Assembly (NCBI GenBank): GCA_964613905.1 | Contig: CAZTIV010000007.1 | Location: 312 to 64,311 of the forward strand | Length of the DNA stretch: 64,000 nucleotides | From: an uncultured Gemmatimonadaceae bacterium | GTDB taxonomy: Bacteria; Gemmatimonadota; Gemmatimonadetes; Gemmatimonadales; GWC2-71-9 | Direction: 5' to 3' | Part shown: positions 17,500-27,816 of the stretch, piece by piece | Position numbering within the stretch: the stretch's first letter is position 1 | How the letters are laid out: each line of letters begins with the position of its first letter | Notes under the pieces: model-generated | What the model saw: the letters and a program-made list of their open reading frames with translations, nothing else | Databases searched by the model: none | What the model was told of the DNA's origin: nothing | Position numbers and translations under genes: made by a program

Positions 17500-18825
17500 T
17501 CAAAAGGATCGGCGCAAGCCCAGACTGCCCGCGCCCTTTATCATCTGCTTCATCTGCTGAAACTGTTTCAGCATCCGGTTCACTTCCTGCACCGACCGAC
17601 CCGACCCGCGGGCTATCCGTGCCCGCCTCGAACCGTTCAGTATCTCCGGACGGCGCCTCTCCTGCGGCGTCATCGAGAGAATGATCGCCTCCACCTGCTT
17701 CAGGCGATCAGGGTCAACCTTGGCCTGCTTCAGCGCCTTTGCCGGCATCCCCGGCAACATCCCCAGCAAGCCCTCCAGCGGACCCATGGCCTGCACCTGC
17801 TTCATAGCGGCGAGGAAGTCCTGCAGGTCCATTCCCCGCTTCGAGCCTGCCTTGCGGGCCAGTCGCTCAGCTTCCTTCTCGTCTACCGCCGCCTGCGCCC
17901 GCTCAACCAGCCCGATCACGTCACCCTGCTGGAGGATCCGGCCGACCATCCGCTCAGGATCGAACGGTTCGAGCGCGTCCATCCGTTCGCCAACGCCCAC
18001 ATACTTGATGGGCGCCCCGGTGACACCGTATATCGACAGCGCGGCGCCTCCCCGCGCGTCTCCATCCAGCTTGGTCAGTACCACGCCGGTGATACCCAGA
18101 CGGCCGTGAAACCCTTCCGCAATCCGGACGGCGTCCTGCCCGGTCATGGCATCTGCCACCAGCAGGATCTCGTGCGGCTTCAGCGTCTCCTTGAGCCGTG
18201 CGAGCTCATCCATCATGGCGTCATCGATCTGGATCCGCCCCGCGGTATCCACCAGCACCGTGCGCGCCCGCGCATGCCCGGCCGCCTCGATACCCGCCCG
18301 CACCAGCCCGACAACGTCACCCCGAGTCTCCGGGACGTCGGCCGGGCCGAACACCGTCACATCAACCTGCTTCGCGAGCTGCCGGAGCTGCTCTTCCGCG
18401 GCTGGGCGGTAGACGTCAGCGGCCACCAGAAACGGTGCCTTCTGCTCCCGCTTGAGCCGGGCCGCCAGCTTGGCCGCGGTGGTCGTCTTGCCCGAGCCCT
18501 GCAGGCCCACCAACAGCACCACCGTGGGCGGCACGGAAGCAAACTTGAGCGGCGCCTGCCGCTCGCCCAGAAGCCGTACCAGCTCGTCGTGCACGATCCG
18601 CACGATCTGCTGGCCGGGGCTCACCGACTTGATGGCGGTGACCCCTGTCGCCTGCTCCCGCACCCGCTCGATGAACGAACGGGTGAGCTCGAAGCTCACG
18701 TCCGACTCGAGCAACACTCGGCGGATCTCGCGGAGCCCTTCCTTTACCGCTTCTTCCGTGAGGACGCCACGGCCGGTAAGCTCCCGGAGCGTGGCGTTCA
18801 ATTTCTCGGAAAGTGCGGCAAACAT
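17500..18825 (-). CDS. ffh: Signal recognition particle protein
   Basis: MFAALSEKL..., GLQGSGKTTTAAKLA, DTAGR, TKLDGDARGG, Met-rich M domain (LLGMLPGMP). Confidence 0.96.
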   Translation of the reverse strand: MFAALSEKLNATLRELTGRGVLTEEAVKEGLREIRRVLLESDVSFELTRSFIERVREQATGVTAIKSVSPGQQIVRIVHDELVRLLGERQAPLKFASVPPTVVLLVGLQGSGKTTTAAKLAARLKREQKAPFLVAADVYRPAAEEQLRQLAKQVDVTVFGPADVPETRGDVVGLVRAGIEAAGHARARTVLVDTAGRIQIDDAMMDELARLKETLKPHEILLVADAMTGQDAVRIAEGFHGRLGITGVVLTKLDGDARGGAALSIYGVTGAPIKYVGVGERMDALEPFDPERMVGRILQQGDVIGLVERAQAAVDEKEAERLARKAGSKRGMDLQDFLAAMKQVQAMGPLEGLLGMLPGMPAKALKQAKVDPDRLKQVEAIILSMTPQERRRPEILNGSRRARIARGSGRSVQEVNRMLKQFQQMKQMIKGAGSLGLRRSF

Positions 18826-18874
18826 ATAGCCTTACATTATACGCGGTTACGGCCTTCCGCGGTAGGGACGGGGG

Positions 18875-20158
18875 TTACGCCTCCACCGCGACTTTTCGCG
18901 CCAACTCCTCCCCCTCTGTTCTGGCAATGAATGCCGTCGCGGCAAGGTCGCCGGTCACGTTCACCGCCGTGCGACACATGTCGAGGATCCGGTCCACACC
19001 CAAAATCAGAGCGATTCCGGTTTCGGGAACTCCTGCCTGCTTGAGAACCAGGGCCAGCGTTATGATCCCCGCGGCCGGCACCCCGGCCGCCCCCACCGAA
19101 GCGAGTGTGGCCGTGAGCACGACCGTGAGCTGCGTCGTCCAGTGCAGGTCTATCCCGAAGACCTGGGCAATGAACATGACTGCCACACCTTGGTACAGCG
19201 CCGTGCCGTCCATGTTGATCGTGGCGCCGAGCGGCAGCACGAAGCTCGATACCCGATTGGAGACGCCCAGCTCGGTCTGCGCCGTCTTCAGGGTGAGCGG
19301 CAGAGTGGCGTTGGAGCTCGAGGTGGAGAACGCGAACAGCGGCACCGCGCGGATCCTCCGGTAGAACTCCGACAGCTTCATGCGGGCCAGAAACCGCGTG
19401 ACCAGCGCGTACGTACCGAAGGCATGAATAGCGAGGCCCAGAATGACCGTGAGACTGTACACCAGCAGACTCTGGAGGATGTCGAACCCGAAACGCGCCG
19501 TGATGGATGCGATGAGAGCGAAGACCGCGTACGGTGCGACCTTCATGATCCAACCAATCACGGTCATGGAGACCTCGCTCACCCCCTCGAAGAATCCCAT
19601 CAGGTGAGTCTTGCGTTCGGGAGCCACCGCAGCAGCGGCGGTGCCGAAGATCAGCGTGAAAATGATGAGCGGGAGCATGTCGCCCTGGGCCGCAGCCGCC
19701 ACCGGATTCGAGGGAATCATGGACAGCAGAAGCTCACCTATCCCCGGTACCTCTTCCGCCAGTGCTATGCGTCCCTCGGCGGCCCCGCCGTACTCGGCCA
19801 GCAGCGCGTCCCGGGACTCGCCGGCTATCCTGCTCCCCGGCAGTATGATGTTGGAGAGCAGGATGCCGATGCTCACCGCCACCGCCGTGGTACTCATGTA
19901 GTACACCAGCGTCTTGCCACCAATGCGACCCACCGCGACGAGGTCGCCCAGGCTCGCTGCACCCACGAACAGGCTGGAGACCACGAGCGGGATCACGATC
20001 ATCGTGATGGCCCGGATGAATGCGGTTCCGAGAGGTTCGAGGGCACGCATCGCGTCCACGAGCCCGGTGAACCCTGTCGTGGTGGCAAGGACGTTGGCAC
20101 CCACCCCGGCGGTGGCGCCGGCAAGCAGACCGATGGAGATTTGGGTGTGGAGTTTCAT
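18875..20158 (-). CDS. Dicarboxylate/amino acid:cation symporter (DAACS family)
   Basis: FAFSTSSSNATLP, PLGATINMDGTALYQGV, DRILDMCRTAVNVTGD. Confidence 0.88.
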   Translation of the reverse strand: MKLHTQISIGLLAGATAGVGANVLATTTGFTGLVDAMRALEPLGTAFIRAITMIVIPLVVSSLFVGAASLGDLVAVGRIGGKTLVYYMSTTAVAVSIGILLSNIILPGSRIAGESRDALLAEYGGAAEGRIALAEEVPGIGELLLSMIPSNPVAAAAQGDMLPLIIFTLIFGTAAAAVAPERKTHLMGFFEGVSEVSMTVIGWIMKVAPYAVFALIASITARFGFDILQSLLVYSLTVILGLAIHAFGTYALVTRFLARMKLSEFYRRIRAVPLFAFSTSSSNATLPLTLKTAQTELGVSNRVSSFVLPLGATINMDGTALYQGVAVMFIAQVFGIDLHWTTQLTVVLTATLASVGAAGVPAAGIITLALVLKQAGVPETGIALILGVDRILDMCRTAVNVTGDLAATAFIARTEGEELARKVAVEA

Positions 20159-20211
20159 AGGCCGCGGAGTTTAGAGGTCGGGTCTCACCCCCGCAACCAG
20201 ATGCCCCTCGC

Positions 20212-21777
20212 GTGACGGGAGAGGTATCTCTGCTGCAGGCCCTCATAACCATCGCGTTTGGCGCGCTGGCGGGCGGTCTCACCAATGCCGTGGCCATCTG
20301 GATGCTGTTCCACCCACATGAACCACGCGGCTTTGGCAGAATCGCCCTGCAGGGCGCCATCCCCAAGAACCGTAACCGTCTCGCAAAGACCATAGGCAGG
20401 ACCGTGGGCGAACGCCTGCTCACGCCGGAAGACCTTGCCTCGCAGCTTGCGGCGCCTGCCATAAGGGAGGCGTTCGACCGGACGGTAAGAGATCTGGTCG
20501 TGTCGATCCTCACCACGGGACGTGGCAGCCTCCGCGAGGAGCTGCCGCCGGCGCTCGTGGACGAGATAGAGACTGTGGTGGCCGGCCTGGGAGAGCGACT
20601 CGCCGACCGCCTTGCCGCCCACGCCGCCACACCGGCATTCGCCGAATCCATTACGGGGATCCTCGAGCGCGCCAGACGCGATTTCGGCGACCGTCCGGTT
20701 GGAGATGTACTGACCGAGGTGAGACGCGGAGCGATCCGGGACCAGGTGGAAACCTGGGTTTCAGACTTCGTGGCAAGCGCTGAGCTGGAGGACACGATCC
20801 GGTCCTGGCTCGAGAGACATGCAGAGCGGCTGAGGGAAGACGGTATGCCGCTCCTTGATCGCCTGCCATCCGGGCTGGTGGCCGCCGTGGAACGCGCCAT
20901 CGCAGCCTATCTGCCGGTCGCACTTGAAAGGCTCGCAGGCATTCTCCGGGATCCTGATGCCCGGGCCCGGATAGAACGCACCCTCCATGAGCTGTTCCGG
21001 CGGTTTCTCAAGGACCTCATGCTGCACGAACGGATCGTGGCCCGGCTCGTGGTAACCGAACGCACTATCGCGCGCCTGCTCGACAACTTGGGGCACGAAG
21101 GGACGGAACAGCTCGCGGCCATGCTGGACGAACCCGAGATGCGCGCGCATGTGGCCCGCAGCGTGAATGACGCGGTGGTGAGCTTCCTCAGGCGGCCGCT
21201 TTCGGAGCACGTGGCTTCTCTTGGCCCTGAGCGACTTGCCGGCGTAACGGATACCGTGGCGCGCTACGTGGTGGCACTGCTCAGGGATCCCACCACCTCG
21301 GCCACTGTGGTGGAGCAGCTGGATCGCGCGCTTCTGGCGGCGGAGCACCGCACCTGGGGAGACCTGCTCGACAGACTGCCGCCGGAACGTGCGGCCGCCT
21401 GGGGTGCCGACATCATGGGATCACAACTGGTTCGCGGGTGGATAGTCGAGGGATGGGCCGCGGCCGTCCGCAGCATTATTGCCCGGCCGATCGGCCGGCC
21501 CGCCGACCTGCTGGGCGATTCGGCCGTGGAACGCATCTCGTTACAGGTAGGACCGCCACTCTGGATCTGGGTGCAGGCCCATGTACCCCGCGTTGTAGCT
21601 CAACTGGACATCCAGACCATGGTGGAACAGAAGGTCATGGGTTTCTCCCTGGACCGCATAGAGCAGATCGTGCGTCAGACAACGCAGCGGGAACTGGACC
21701 TGATCGTCCGTCTGGGATATCTGCTGGGCGCGATCGTTGGAGCAGTGGCGTTCGGGGTGTCGGTAGTGCTCCCGTGA
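20212..21777 (+). CDS. DUF445/UPF0754-like membrane-associated protein
   Basis: N-terminal FGALAGGLTNAVAIWMLFHP, long helical middle, C-terminal TM (LGYLLGAIVGAVAFGV). Confidence 0.65.
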   Translation: MTGEVSLLQALITIAFGALAGGLTNAVAIWMLFHPHEPRGFGRIALQGAIPKNRNRLAKTIGRTVGERLLTPEDLASQLAAPAIREAFDRTVRDLVVSILTTGRGSLREELPPALVDEIETVVAGLGERLADRLAAHAATPAFAESITGILERARRDFGDRPVGDVLTEVRRGAIRDQVETWVSDFVASAELEDTIRSWLERHAERLREDGMPLLDRLPSGLVAAVERAIAAYLPVALERLAGILRDPDARARIERTLHELFRRFLKDLMLHERIVARLVVTERTIARLLDNLGHEGTEQLAAMLDEPEMRAHVARSVNDAVVSFLRRPLSEHVASLGPERLAGVTDTVARYVVALLRDPTTSATVVEQLDRALLAAEHRTWGDLLDRLPPERAAAWGADIMGSQLVRGWIVEGWAAAVRSIIARPIGRPADLLGDSAVERISLQVGPPLWIWVQAHVPRVVAQLDIQTMVEQKVMGFSLDRIEQIVRQTTQRELDLIVRLGYLLGAIVGAVAFGVSVVLP

Positions 21778-21842
21778 GCGGTGATGGCAATGATGATCCC
21801 GATGCTGTCTGGACGCATCGGAGTCTTCGATGGAAACACTGC

Positions 21843-23072
21843 TCACCGCTCACCGCTCACGCCCGGCACACTCCCCCATCCCTCCCAGGTCCCGGGCGCG
21901 TCCACCAGCCGTACGCCGGGATGATCGTTCACTGGCAGGCGCTCGACCGTGAACCTGCGTCCCGGACGCGGGTGCTTTACCCATTCTCGTTCGAGAATCG
22001 TGCGAAACCGGTTCGCAGCAGCTTCCGTGTCCCACACGCTGTACCATACAAGAGCAGTATCCGCCACGTTCACGAACACCCCGTAGCGGTCGCCTCCCCA
22101 GTCCACGGCGGCGGCCGTACCGACAAACTCGTTGCCGCTCAACTCCCAGAGCAACAGCCGGACCTCGAATGAACCCAGCACGTCGGTGTGGTGCGGCTCC
22201 GGCCCTCCGGTGAACGCCAGATCTACCGGGCGGTCGCCGCGGCGGTATCGCTCCGGGTGCAGGATCTGTTCCGTCGACTCCGGCATTCGCGCGCCAAACG
22301 GCACGGTATCCGGGTGGTTCGTCTCGAACCAGTGCATGAACTCGGCGCCCGCGATGTACGGGAAAACCAGCCCTTCCCGCAGCACAAGGGGGGCGGCGTT
22401 GAACACCGGCATCCGCGCCTGCTCGCGCCGGATGCCTTCGCGCATCTGGTCCCAGAATGCCCGGCTGGTGAGATCCTGGCCGGGCGCCATGACTCGCAAC
22501 GACGCCAGTGTTGCCTGGCCTTCGAGCACCGCCTGGGCCGCCATCTTGCGGTCGTTGTCGCCGCGCAGCGCAAGTATGGAATCCAGCCTCATGTACTGAT
22601 CCTGGAGGGCGTGAACCAGTTCGTGCGCCAGAATGAGCCGCACCTGCAGCGGATCTGCACCCTGCACGACATAGAGGGCCAGCGAATCCGGATCGTAATA
22701 GCCCACCACCTGCTCAGTGAGCAATTCGATGAGCAGTTCGCCCAGATCCAGGGTATCCGGCCAGAGGTGAAACAGGCGATACGCCAGGGTGATGCGAGCG
22801 ATCTCTTCCGGCGGGTACTCGTGGTGCAGCTTCGCTTCGAGGAAGTCGCGGACCTGATCCCTGGTCCGAACCAGTACCAGGGGCGGCGCCCTGAAAGGGA
22901 GACCCACCGCACGCTCGACCGCGGGCGCAACATCGTCTGCGATTCGGCGGAGGCCATCCGCGTCGGGAGGACGGTCGCGGCCACAGGCCCCACCGGCAAG
23001 GAGCGCAGCCGAGAAGAGAGCCGCCCTCGAGATCCCGAGGGCCCGGAGCGCGCGATACGGCGGTCGGATCAT
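21843..23072 (-). CDS. Lipoprotein with HEXXH zinc-metalloprotease motif
   Basis: Lipobox LAGGAC. LILAHELVHALQDQ. Confidence 0.55.
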   Translation of the reverse strand: MIRPPYRALRALGISRAALFSAALLAGGACGRDRPPDADGLRRIADDVAPAVERAVGLPFRAPPLVLVRTRDQVRDFLEAKLHHEYPPEEIARITLAYRLFHLWPDTLDLGELLIELLTEQVVGYYDPDSLALYVVQGADPLQVRLILAHELVHALQDQYMRLDSILALRGDNDRKMAAQAVLEGQATLASLRVMAPGQDLTSRAFWDQMREGIRREQARMPVFNAAPLVLREGLVFPYIAGAEFMHWFETNHPDTVPFGARMPESTEQILHPERYRRGDRPVDLAFTGGPEPHHTDVLGSFEVRLLLWELSGNEFVGTAAAVDWGGDRYGVFVNVADTALVWYSVWDTEAAANRFRTILEREWVKHPRPGRRFTVERLPVNDHPGVRLVDAPGTWEGWGSVPGVSGER

Positions 23073-23107
23073 GACCTGAGTGTAATCAAGTCCGACCGCC
23101 GGGGAAA

Positions 23108-23875
23108 TCAGGTTTGCCGCAGGCGGATGCTGCCGTTGGTTGTTCTGAGAGTGAGGGTACGCCCCCCTTCTCCCACCGTACCGCGCAGATTGCGTGCTCC
23201 CACCCTGCCTTCAACGGTAACGGGGAAATCGGTTTCTATCCGGCCGTTCGTAGTAGAGGCGTTGATCTCCGCGCTCAGGTCGGCCGGCAACATCACTGTG
23301 ACGCTGCCGTTGGTGGTGCTCAACCGCGCCTCCCCCACCCAATCGGCGCGTGCCATGGTGGCGGTTATCGATCCGTTGACGGTGGTCGCGGATACTCTGC
23401 CGGTGGTGGCGATGTTCACCGACCCGTTAACTGTCCCGGCCCTTACGTCGGCGGCCAGACCCTCTCCGCGAACGCTGCCGTTCACCGTGTGTCCCTCAAG
23501 GTGCACTCCGGCGGGGAGGCGCACGGTAAACCGGACCTCGACGTCGTTGTTCCCCGTGTTGCTCCGGCCGCCGCCGGGCCGGCATTCGTTGGGCTGCCCC
23601 CGCCGCGTGGACGGATAGACGGCGCAGATCGTAACGCCGCCATCATGCGGCACCACCTGTATGTCCACTTCCGCGGGATCGTTGCGCCGGCCACGCTTGA
23701 GCGCGACCACTTCCACCTGGCTGCCCGTGTGAGGTTCGGCGTGAATGGCGCCGTTCACACCCCTTATCTCAACCGTCCGACCGACCGCCACGGTACCGCG
23801 CCAGTTGAATTCCTCCTGGGCCTGCGCTCCGGGCGTGCAGGCCAGCAGAGCCGCAGCACATACGAGACGATGCAT
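23108..23875 (-). CDS. DUF4097-like beta-strand repeat protein (putative adhesin fold), secreted
   Basis: Signal peptide, then repeated (T)(V/T)NGS(V/I) strands: TVNGSVRGE, TVNGSVNIA, TVNGSITAT, TTNGSVTVM, TTNGRIETD, TTNGSIRLR. Confidence 0.7.
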   Translation of the reverse strand: MHRLVCAAALLACTPGAQAQEEFNWRGTVAVGRTVEIRGVNGAIHAEPHTGSQVEVVALKRGRRNDPAEVDIQVVPHDGGVTICAVYPSTRRGQPNECRPGGGRSNTGNNDVEVRFTVRLPAGVHLEGHTVNGSVRGEGLAADVRAGTVNGSVNIATTGRVSATTVNGSITATMARADWVGEARLSTTNGSVTVMLPADLSAEINASTTNGRIETDFPVTVEGRVGARNLRGTVGEGGRTLTLRTTNGSIRLRQT

Positions 23876-23956
23876 TCTGAAACCTCCTGCGATTGCCGTT
23901 TGAATATCTGATCTGATAATTACTCAGACGCCTCGCTCCGGGAAATGGTTTCAATC

Positions 23957-24727
23957 CTATCCCCCTCTCACGAGCCCCGCATACCATGCGATGATGGCGT
24001 CTCCCCACACGAAAGTGATGGCTGCTGCCGTGGCCAGGAACACGCCAAACGGCACCAGCTTCTTCGTCCGGAGGCTGATGGGCACGAATACCACTGTCCC
24101 GAGGAGGGCTCCCCCGAAGATCGTGAGCAGCACTCCCTTCCAACCCACAAACGCACCCACCATGGCCATCATCTTGATGTCGCCGCCGCCCATCGCTTCC
24201 TTCTTGAACACCGCCGTGCCCGCCCAGGCAACCGCGTATAGCAGACCGAGCCCCACCCCAGCTCCGAGCAGAGCCTCTCCGAGTCCGGCCCAGCCTCCCC
24301 TCAGGCTCAACGCCAGTCCCAGAATCAGTCCGCCGATCGTGTATTCGTCGGGAATCAGGTAGTGCCGTGCGTCGGTAACTGCGATGCCAAGGAGGATGGT
24401 CCCGAACACGCCCGCCGCAACAGTCTGCCAGGTAAATCCATACCGTGTGGCCACTGACAGCCAGAGCAGGGCCACCAGCGCCTCGATAAGCGGGTACTGC
24501 ATCGATATTTCCGACCGACAGCGGCGGCAACGCCCCCCGAGGACCATCCACGAGAGGACCGGGACGTTGTCGTACCACGCTACTGGTGCCTCACACCCCG
24601 GGCAGCGCGACCGCGGCCTGACGAGCGATTGATCCCGCGGGAGGCGGTAGATACACACATTGAGAAAACTGCCGAGTGCCGCCCCGAACGCGGCGGCCCC
24701 CACGAGCACCAGAGTCTCAGGACGCAC
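23957..24727 (-). CDS. pilD: Prepilin peptidase (A24 family)
   Basis: GSFLNVCIYRLP, Cys pairs CPGC...CRRC, and two Asp-containing membrane motifs (VTDARHYLIPD, GGGDIKMMAMVG). Confidence 0.88.
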   Translation of the reverse strand: MRPETLVLVGAAAFGAALGSFLNVCIYRLPRDQSLVRPRSRCPGCEAPVAWYDNVPVLSWMVLGGRCRRCRSEISMQYPLIEALVALLWLSVATRYGFTWQTVAAGVFGTILLGIAVTDARHYLIPDEYTIGGLILGLALSLRGGWAGLGEALLGAGVGLGLLYAVAWAGTAVFKKEAMGGGDIKMMAMVGAFVGWKGVLLTIFGGALLGTVVFVPISLRTKKLVPFGVFLATAAAITFVWGDAIIAWYAGLVRGG

Positions 24728-25487
24728 GGCGAACCTCGTACAGGAGAATACCCGCCGCCACCGCCACGTTCAGAGACTCGACACCCGCGGCGAGCGGGAT
24801 CGCGACCTGATTGCGGGCGAGCGACACGAGACTCTGCCTCACCCCCGCACCTTCGTTGCCAACCACAAGCCCCAGACGTTCAGGCGGTGCCAGGCGCTCG
24901 AGCGGAGTGCCCTGGGCCGCTGCGACCCACAGTATCACATCATGCTCGGCCGTCCAGCGGTGAAGTTCCGGCTCGTCCATCGACACCTCGGGCAGCCGGA
25001 ACGTAGCGCCCATGGCGCTCCGGATCACCTTGGAGTTGGAAACATCGGCGGTGCCCGGGAGGAGAATGGCGCCCGCTGCGCCCATCGCGAGGGCCGTGCG
25101 GAGGAGGGTGCCAACGTTACCCGGGTCCTGCACGGCATCCAGCACCAGGACCGGCCTGCCCCGAGTCGGCCGGATGGTGTCCGGCGCGAACGCCGGTGGC
25201 TCGATGACTGCAATGACTCCCTGCGGCGTATCCGTCTCGGCCAGTCGCTCCAACTCCCGAGCCGGGATTTCTTCCACGGTAACGGCGTGCGACGCCAGCG
25301 ACGCAACCAGGGCTCCACCTCGCGCCGATGCGCCAAACTCTGTGGTAACCACCGCTCCTTCGACGCGCAGGCCGGCTGCGATCGCGTCTTCCACCAGACG
25401 CGCGCCTTCGGCAAGGGCAAGCCCGTGCCGCTTCCGTCCCTTCCGCTGTTGCAGATTCCTTATCAGCGACACCAGATTGGAACCCAT
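24717..25487 (-). CDS. TrmH/SpoU family RNA 2'-O-methyltransferase
   Basis: LDAVQDPGNVGTLLRTA, LVVGNEGAGV, IPLAAGVESLNVAVAAGILLYE. Confidence 0.82.
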   Translation of the reverse strand: MGSNLVSLIRNLQQRKGRKRHGLALAEGARLVEDAIAAGLRVEGAVVTTEFGASARGGALVASLASHAVTVEEIPARELERLAETDTPQGVIAVIEPPAFAPDTIRPTRGRPVLVLDAVQDPGNVGTLLRTALAMGAAGAILLPGTADVSNSKVIRSAMGATFRLPEVSMDEPELHRWTAEHDVILWVAAAQGTPLERLAPPERLGLVVGNEGAGVRQSLVSLARNQVAIPLAAGVESLNVAVAAGILLYEVRRAS

Positions 25488-25543
25488 GCACCCCTCCCGG
25501 CGCTGAATGTTACCGCCGGTTCACGAAACGGAAAGCGGGCATC

Positions 25544-26341
25544 GTGCAGATCGCTTTGACGATAGCGGGGTCGGACTCCGGCGGAGGTGCCGGGATCCAG
25601 GCCGACCTCAAGACGTTCCATCAATTTGGAGTGTTCGGCACCAGCGCGATCGTGGCACTGACGGCCCAGAACACGCGCGGCGTAACGGCTGTTCACGCCG
25701 TGCCTCCCGACATGGTTGCCGCGCAACTCGAGGCCCTGGCCGACGACCTTCCACCGTCGGGCACGAAGAGCGGGATGCTGGCAACCGCGGAAATCGTCGA
25801 GATTGTGGCTGACGGCATCGCACGGCACTCGTTCCCGAACTACGTGCTGGATCCGGTCATGGTCGCTTCGTCCGGCGACAGACTTCTGGACCGGGAGGCC
25901 GAACGCACCGTCGTTGAAAGGCTGGTGCCGCTGGCCGCTCTGGTCACACCCAATCTGGACGAGGCCGCAATTCTCGTGGGCGAGGCAGTCGGGTCACCGG
26001 AGAAGATGGAACGGGCCGGAAAGGAGCTGCTCCGCATGGGCGCAGGGGCCGCTCTCATCAAGGGAGGGCACCTGGCAGACGGCAGCGATGTCACCGACGT
26101 GCTGGTGACCCAGGACGAGGTCCGGACGTTCAGACACAGGCGTCTCGATACTGCCTCTACGCACGGCACGGGGTGCACACTATCCGCCGCGATAGCCGCG
26201 GGCTTGGCTCTGGGCCGGCCGCTTCGGCAGGCAGTGGAAGACGCCCTTGATTTCGTACACCGGGCAATCGCCTCGGCACCGGCACTCGGCGGAGGACATG
26301 GCCCGCTCAATCACTTCGTGCAGGCAAGCCGCGATGACTGA
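25544..26341 (+). CDS. thiD: Hydroxymethylpyrimidine/phosphomethylpyrimidine kinase
   Basis: GTG start. [42 protein letters not shown]...[17 protein letters not shown]. Confidence 0.92.
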   Translation: MQIALTIAGSDSGGGAGIQADLKTFHQFGVFGTSAIVALTAQNTRGVTAVHAVPPDMVAAQLEALADDLPPSGTKSGMLATAEIVEIVADGIARHSFPNYVLDPVMVASSGDRLLDREAERTVVERLVPLAALVTPNLDEAAILVGEAVGSPEKMERAGKELLRMGAGAALIKGGHLADGSDVTDVLVTQDEVRTFRHRRLDTASTHGTGCTLSAAIAAGLALGRPLRQAVEDALDFVHRAIASAPALGGGHGPLNHFVQASRDD

Positions 26342-27791
26342 CGGCGGCCCGGCCTTTCCGCGTCCGCCCCGCCACAGGGGCATCTTCTGCAACCGCACAC
26401 TGAACCTGCGGGGGATCCGCGCCGTGGGCTACGACATGGACTACACGCTGATCCACTACCGGGTAGAGGAGTGGGAGAGGCGTGCGTACGAGTTTCTCAA
26501 GCGGAAACTGGTGGATCTGGGCTGGCCCGTGGAGCAGCTGGAGTTCGATCCCACGCTCATGGTGCGGGGACTGATCCTCGACCTGGAACTGGGCAACACG
26601 GTCAAGGCCAACCGCTTCGGCTATGTAAAGCGCGCCGCGCACGGCACACGCATACTCGGGTTCGAAGAGCAACGCCGCATGTATGCGCGGGTAATAGTGG
26701 ACCTTGCCGATCCGCGATACGTCTTCCTGAACACGCTGTTCTCTCTATCCGAAGCGTGCATGTACGCTCAACTGGTGGACCTGCTTGACGAGCGCCGACT
26801 GCCGGAGGTCATGGGATACGCCGACCTGTACGCCCGGGTACGGCGCCTGATCGACGAGGCCCACATGGAGGGGATGCTCAAGGCCGAGATCGTGAACGAC
26901 CCCGAGCGATTCGTGGAGCTCGAGGAAGACACGCCGCTGGCGCTGCTCGATCAGAAGCGTGCGGGGAAAAAGCTGCTTCTCATCACCAACTCGGAGTGGG
27001 ATTACTCACGCGCCATGATGGAGTATACCTTCGACCGGTTCCTGCCGGGCGACATGACATGGCGGGACCTCTTCGACGTGATTCTCGTGGCGGCTCGCAA
27101 GCCGGACTTCTTCTCAACCCGCAGCCCCCTGTTCGAAGTCGTGGACGAGCGTGGCCTGCTCAAGCCCGTGCTGGCCCTTCGCCCGGGAGGCATCTTTCTG
27201 GGCGGAAACGCGGCCATGGTGGAGGAGTTCCTGGGCCTGGCCGGAGACCAGATCCTCTACGTCGGTGACCATCTCTTTTCGGATGTTCACGTCTCCAAGA
27301 ACGTGCTCCGTTGGAGGACGGCCCTAGTGCTGCGTGAACTGGAAGCCGAGATAGCCGCAACCGAGGCGTTCCGATCCAGTGAACAGCGGCTTGAGCGACT
27401 GATGGCAGAGAAGGAAGGGCTCGAGTTCGAGGTCTGCCAGCTGCGGCTCCAGTTGCAACGCACCAGGGTCGGCTACGGTCCGTCGCTGTCTGCTTCGCCC
27501 GCGGATCTGGAGGAACGCCTGGCTTCGTTGCGGGACCGCCTTTCACGACTCGATGAGGAGGTTGCCCCGCTCGCCGCGGCTTCGAGCGAGATCAGCAATT
27601 CCCGGTGGGGCCTGCTCATGCGCACCGGCAACGACAAGAGCCACCTGGCTCGACAGGTTGAACGATATGCGGACATCTACCTGTCCCGTGTCTCAAATTT
27701 CCTGTACCACACCCCCCACATCTATCTCCGGTCTCCGAGAGGAACCCTGCCCCATGATCCGGAGCCACGGGTTGCGCCCGAGACGGAGTAG
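26334..27791 (+). CDS. HAD-IG family 5'-nucleotidase (cN-II-like)
   Basis: In-frame in ORF 26247..27791. RGIFCNRTLNLRGIRAVGYDMDYTLIHY, LLITNSEWDY, YVGDHLFSDV. 8-nt overlap with thiD. Confidence 0.82.
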   Translation: MTDGGPAFPRPPRHRGIFCNRTLNLRGIRAVGYDMDYTLIHYRVEEWERRAYEFLKRKLVDLGWPVEQLEFDPTLMVRGLILDLELGNTVKANRFGYVKRAAHGTRILGFEEQRRMYARVIVDLADPRYVFLNTLFSLSEACMYAQLVDLLDERRLPEVMGYADLYARVRRLIDEAHMEGMLKAEIVNDPERFVELEEDTPLALLDQKRAGKKLLLITNSEWDYSRAMMEYTFDRFLPGDMTWRDLFDVILVAARKPDFFSTRSPLFEVVDERGLLKPVLALRPGGIFLGGNAAMVEEFLGLAGDQILYVGDHLFSDVHVSKNVLRWRTALVLRELEAEIAATEAFRSSEQRLERLMAEKEGLEFEVCQLRLQLQRTRVGYGPSLSASPADLEERLASLRDRLSRLDEEVAPLAAASSEISNSRWGLLMRTGNDKSHLARQVERYADIYLSRVSNFLYHTPHIYLRSPRGTLPHDPEPRVAPETE

Positions 27792-27816
27792 CTCCGGGCT
27801 GTTACCTTACCAGCGC

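Noticed and set aside
17479-18930. 483-aa plus-strand ORF covering the whole ffh locus
   Set aside because: It lies antisense to an unmistakable ffh gene. The translation is Arg/Pro/His/Leu-rich and low-complexity with no family resemblance, a typical shadow ORF of GC-rich DNA.
19142-20900. Long ORFs 19142..20215 (+) and 19734..20900 (-) overlapping the symporter and DUF445 genes
   Set aside because: They are out-of-frame or antisense to genes with clear family motifs. Their translations are Arg/Gly/His-rich without structure.
22188-23911. Plus-strand ORFs 22188..23618 (476 aa) and 23114..23911 (265 aa)
   Set aside because: They lie antisense to the HEXXH lipoprotein and the DUF4097-like repeat protein, both of which have signal peptides and coherent motifs.
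25488-25543. Possible TPP riboswitch upstream of thiD
   Set aside because: Only 56 nt separate thiD from the divergent gene. That is too short for a THI element, and no CUGAGA/ACCUGAUCUGGAUAAUGCCAGCG-like core is visible.
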